Shown here in pieces: positions 61,723 to 64,000 of a stretch of 64,000 nt of DNA. Under the pieces are notes generated by a model, which was given only the letters and a program-made list of their open reading frames with translations, was not told the DNA's origin and ran no database searches. Both the position numbers and the translations under genes were made by a program. Source of the stretch: Verrucomicrobiia bacterium (GTDB lineage Bacteria > Verrucomicrobiota > Verrucomicrobiia > Limisphaerales > UBA11358); assembly GCA_036489615.1 (NCBI GenBank), contig DASXFM010000562.1, forward strand, positions 4,002-68,001. Reading direction: 5' to 3'. Positions within the stretch are counted from its first letter, which is position 1. Every line of letters starts with the position of its first letter.

Positions 61723-61765
61723 GGCGTAGCAGCGGACGTCAGTCCGCTCTGACTAATTTCACGAA
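61723..61765. repeat. short intergenic repeat, family 2 copy B
   Basis: GGCGTAGCAGCGGACGTCAGTCCGCTCTGACTAATTTCACGAA. Contains the hairpin AGCGGAC/GTCCGCT. Confidence 0.45.
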
Positions 61766-61863
61766 ATAATCGAGCGGCCTCTATTCGCTATCCAGACTGT
61801 TCAACATCGGTCATGGGAATTCCATCAACTCCATTCGCGAATTAAATCTCTGAACTCTGATCA

Positions 61864-61978
61864 TTCGTCGTACCAAACATCGGCGGATAATTCTCCCTCT
61901 CCCAGCGGGCCTGCGCTCCGTAGCTTCCGAGCGAAGGATGGGAGAGGGCTGGGGTGAGGGAGAATCGTTCGGAAGAGA
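61864..61978. repeat. palindromic MITE/REP-like element, family 3 copy A
   Basis: Left arm TTCTCCCTCTCCCAGC (61891-61906) and right arm GCTGGGGTGAGGGAGAA (61948-61964). The termini TTCGTCGTACCAAACATCGG and GAGAATCGTTCGGAAGAGA are shared with 63822-64000. Confidence 0.6.
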
Positions 61979-62086
61979 ATGTCAGGCGGTTCACAGGTAG
62001 GGTAATTCATTCGAATCTCATGTGGCTCATTGAAACTTCCATCAACTCCACTCGCGCAGCCAATGATTGCACATCGCGCCATCGCC

Positions 62087-62734
62087 TCAATCACGCAACA
62101 CCGCTATTTCCCCCGCGCGCAGGAGCGAAATCACCTCGTCATCTTCAGTGGGAGAAAATGCCTCATAAAATTGACCCACCGCCTGAAAGCTGGCCTCTTC
62201 AGACAACACCTCTACGTCATCAGCGACGCGTCGCAGACGCTCAACGGCATTAATGGATGCTACCGGGGCAGCGACAATAATTCGCCTGGCAAGTTGTTTC
62301 CGCGCGGAGAGCACAGCGACTTCCGCCGTCGCGCCCGTCGCCAGGCCATCGTCCACCAGCAAGATGGCTCTTCCTTCCAGGTTGGGCATTCCGTGCAAAT
62401 GAAATCGGCGGCGATATTCATCAAGGCGTACTTTTTCTTCTCCAATGATTTTATCCAATTTGCTCTTTGAGATGGGGTATTCCGCGAGGTTTTCCTCATT
62501 GAGAAAGACACAGTCCGGTTCCGCCAGCGCGCCCATGGCAAATTCCGGTTGAAAGGGATGCCCGATTTTGCGGACAACCAAAACATCCAGCGGCAGCTTC
62601 AGCTCATGGGCCACGCCCGCCGCGACAACAGCTCCCCCGCGCGGCAGTCCTAAAACAAGGTCCGCTTCAATACCGCGTTGCCGGAGAAACCCTCCCAGCC
62701 GTTCTCCAGCCTCCTGACGCGAGGCGAAGATCAT
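62087..62734 (-). CDS. phosphoribosyltransferase-family protein
   Basis: PRPP-binding loop ILLVDDGLATGAT and N-terminal LGLPRGG. ATG at 62734 (TTG at 62740 is also possible). Confidence 0.85.
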   Translation of the reverse strand: MIFASRQEAGERLGGFLRQRGIEADLVLGLPRGGAVVAAGVAHELKLPLDVLVVRKIGHPFQPEFAMGALAEPDCVFLNEENLAEYPISKSKLDKIIGEEKVRLDEYRRRFHLHGMPNLEGRAILLVDDGLATGATAEVAVLSARKQLARRIIVAAPVASINAVERLRRVADDVEVLSEEASFQAVGQFYEAFSPTEDDEVISLLRAGEIAVLRD

Positions 62735-62759
62735 AAACAAACTAATCGTCCGTTCTTAG

Positions 62760-62798
62760 AAAAAATGCAAGCGCCCTCACACCCCGTAGGGCGGCGCT
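62760..62798 (-). terminator. terminator-like hairpin after pyrH
   Basis: AGCGCCCT (62770-62777) pairs imperfectly with AGGGCGGCGCT (62788-62798). On the minus strand it is followed by UGCAUUUUUU. Confidence 0.5.
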
Positions 62799-62880
62799 CC
62801 GATGCCGCCCAAATTTCAATCGCAATCCACCCAATCGGGCACAGGTGAAATTCCCAGCAATCCACCAATCCAGTCGGAAA

Positions 62881-63621
<741 letters not shown>

Positions 63622-63721
63622 TTAGGGGAAGGGTGCAAAACGCAAACATTGGGCCATCTTGTAACAGCCCCAAGCCCCAAGGTCAAATCAAGACACGATC
63701 CTTGTACCTTGGGTGCATCTG

Positions 63722-63775
63722 AATGGTGGGGAGCGCACGCGCCTCGCGTGCGTCCGACGGCGCCTCGCCGTTGGA
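63722..63775. repeat. GC-rich REP-like element, family 1 copy B
   Basis: AATGGTGGGGAGCGCACGCGCCTCGCGTGCGTCCGACGGCGCCTCGCCGTTGGA. Same two-hairpin layout as 58328-58383, roughly 80 percent identical by eye. Confidence 0.6.
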
Positions 63776-63821
63776 GTGAGATTTCCCCGAAGATTTCGCG
63801 CATTGGACCCCGCCATGATCG

Positions 63822-64000
63822 TTCGTCGTAGCAAACCATCGGACGACCATTCTCCCTCTCCCAGCCCCTCCTCCGTAGCACCGCGCATTGCAGTGCCTTC
63901 GAGATCGCGCAAGTTTTCCCACCCTGCGAGGAACTGCGAAAGAGTGACGCTGCGGAGGGTGGACGGGAGAGGGCAGGGGGGGAGAATCGTTCGAACGAGA
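63822..64000. repeat. palindromic MITE/REP-like element, family 3 copy B (reaches the window end)
   Basis: TTCGTCGTAGCAAACCATCGGACGACCATTCTCCCTCTCCCAGC ... GGGAGAGGGCAGGGGGGGAGAATCGTTCGAACGAGA. The central segment is longer than in copy A. Confidence 0.6.

Overview
This window is mostly one very large PEP-CTERM/exosortase exopolysaccharide (EPS) locus. The host is a moderately GC-rich Gram-negative genome. Gene content and a VPDGG-type sorting signal are reminiscent of Verrucomicrobiota, but that cannot be proven from the window.

Layout:
- Left edge (1-3681): rhamnose catabolism. It holds an rhaB fragment, a DeoR regulator and a fused rhamnulose-1-P aldolase/SDR.
- 3815-47303: an almost uninterrupted minus-strand array of about 43 kb.
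  - A NusG-paralog gene sits at the 5' end (47303).
  - It is followed by a priming sugar transferase and sugar-nucleotide tailoring enzymes.
  - The array contains two FemAB-like genes, a Wzc-like co-polymerase and many GT2/GT4 glycosyltransferases.
  - It also holds a Wzy/O-antigen-ligase-like membrane protein, an FkbM methyltransferase and a beta-helix protein.
  - Further genes are an ATP-grasp ligase, two AsnB-family amidotransferases and the Wzm/Wzt ABC exporter.
  - The low-coordinate end carries an outer-membrane barrel, the exosortase, the TPR lipoprotein PrsT, a small PEP-CTERM protein with its own sigma-54 promoter, and the PrsK/PrsR two-component pair.
- 47584-50304: an FN3 secreted protein, a divergently transcribed Wza-like exporter and a classical PEP-CTERM protein.
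- 50381-63603: a 1407-aa GH13 enzyme, a ROK kinase, a FucP-like MFS transporter, a TIM-barrel sugar isomerase, a DUF3857/transglutaminase protein, a phosphoribosyltransferase and pyrH. These are separated by several families of GC-rich REP/MITE-like repeats.

The most unusual signal is a tandem pair of identical 76-nt tRNA-Thr(UGU)-like genes at 24243-24318 and 24433-24508. Both have an encoded CCA and lie inside the EPS operon, starting 13 nt downstream of a FemAB-like GNAT gene. They keep the E. coli-type ThrRS identity positions (G1-C72, C2-G71, G35, U36). They lack G18G19, have C33 instead of U33, and need a bulge in the T stem.

The neighbouring genes are an ATP-grasp ligase, an intact AsnB and a Cys-less AsnB paralog. 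Together with the tRNAs they look like a dedicated tRNA-dependent aminoacylation module for the glycan or the exosortase acceptor. This would be analogous to FemXAB plus the non-proteinogenic tRNA-Gly of the staphylococcal sortase pathway.

I saw no CRISPR array, integrase, transposase or recognisable defence system.
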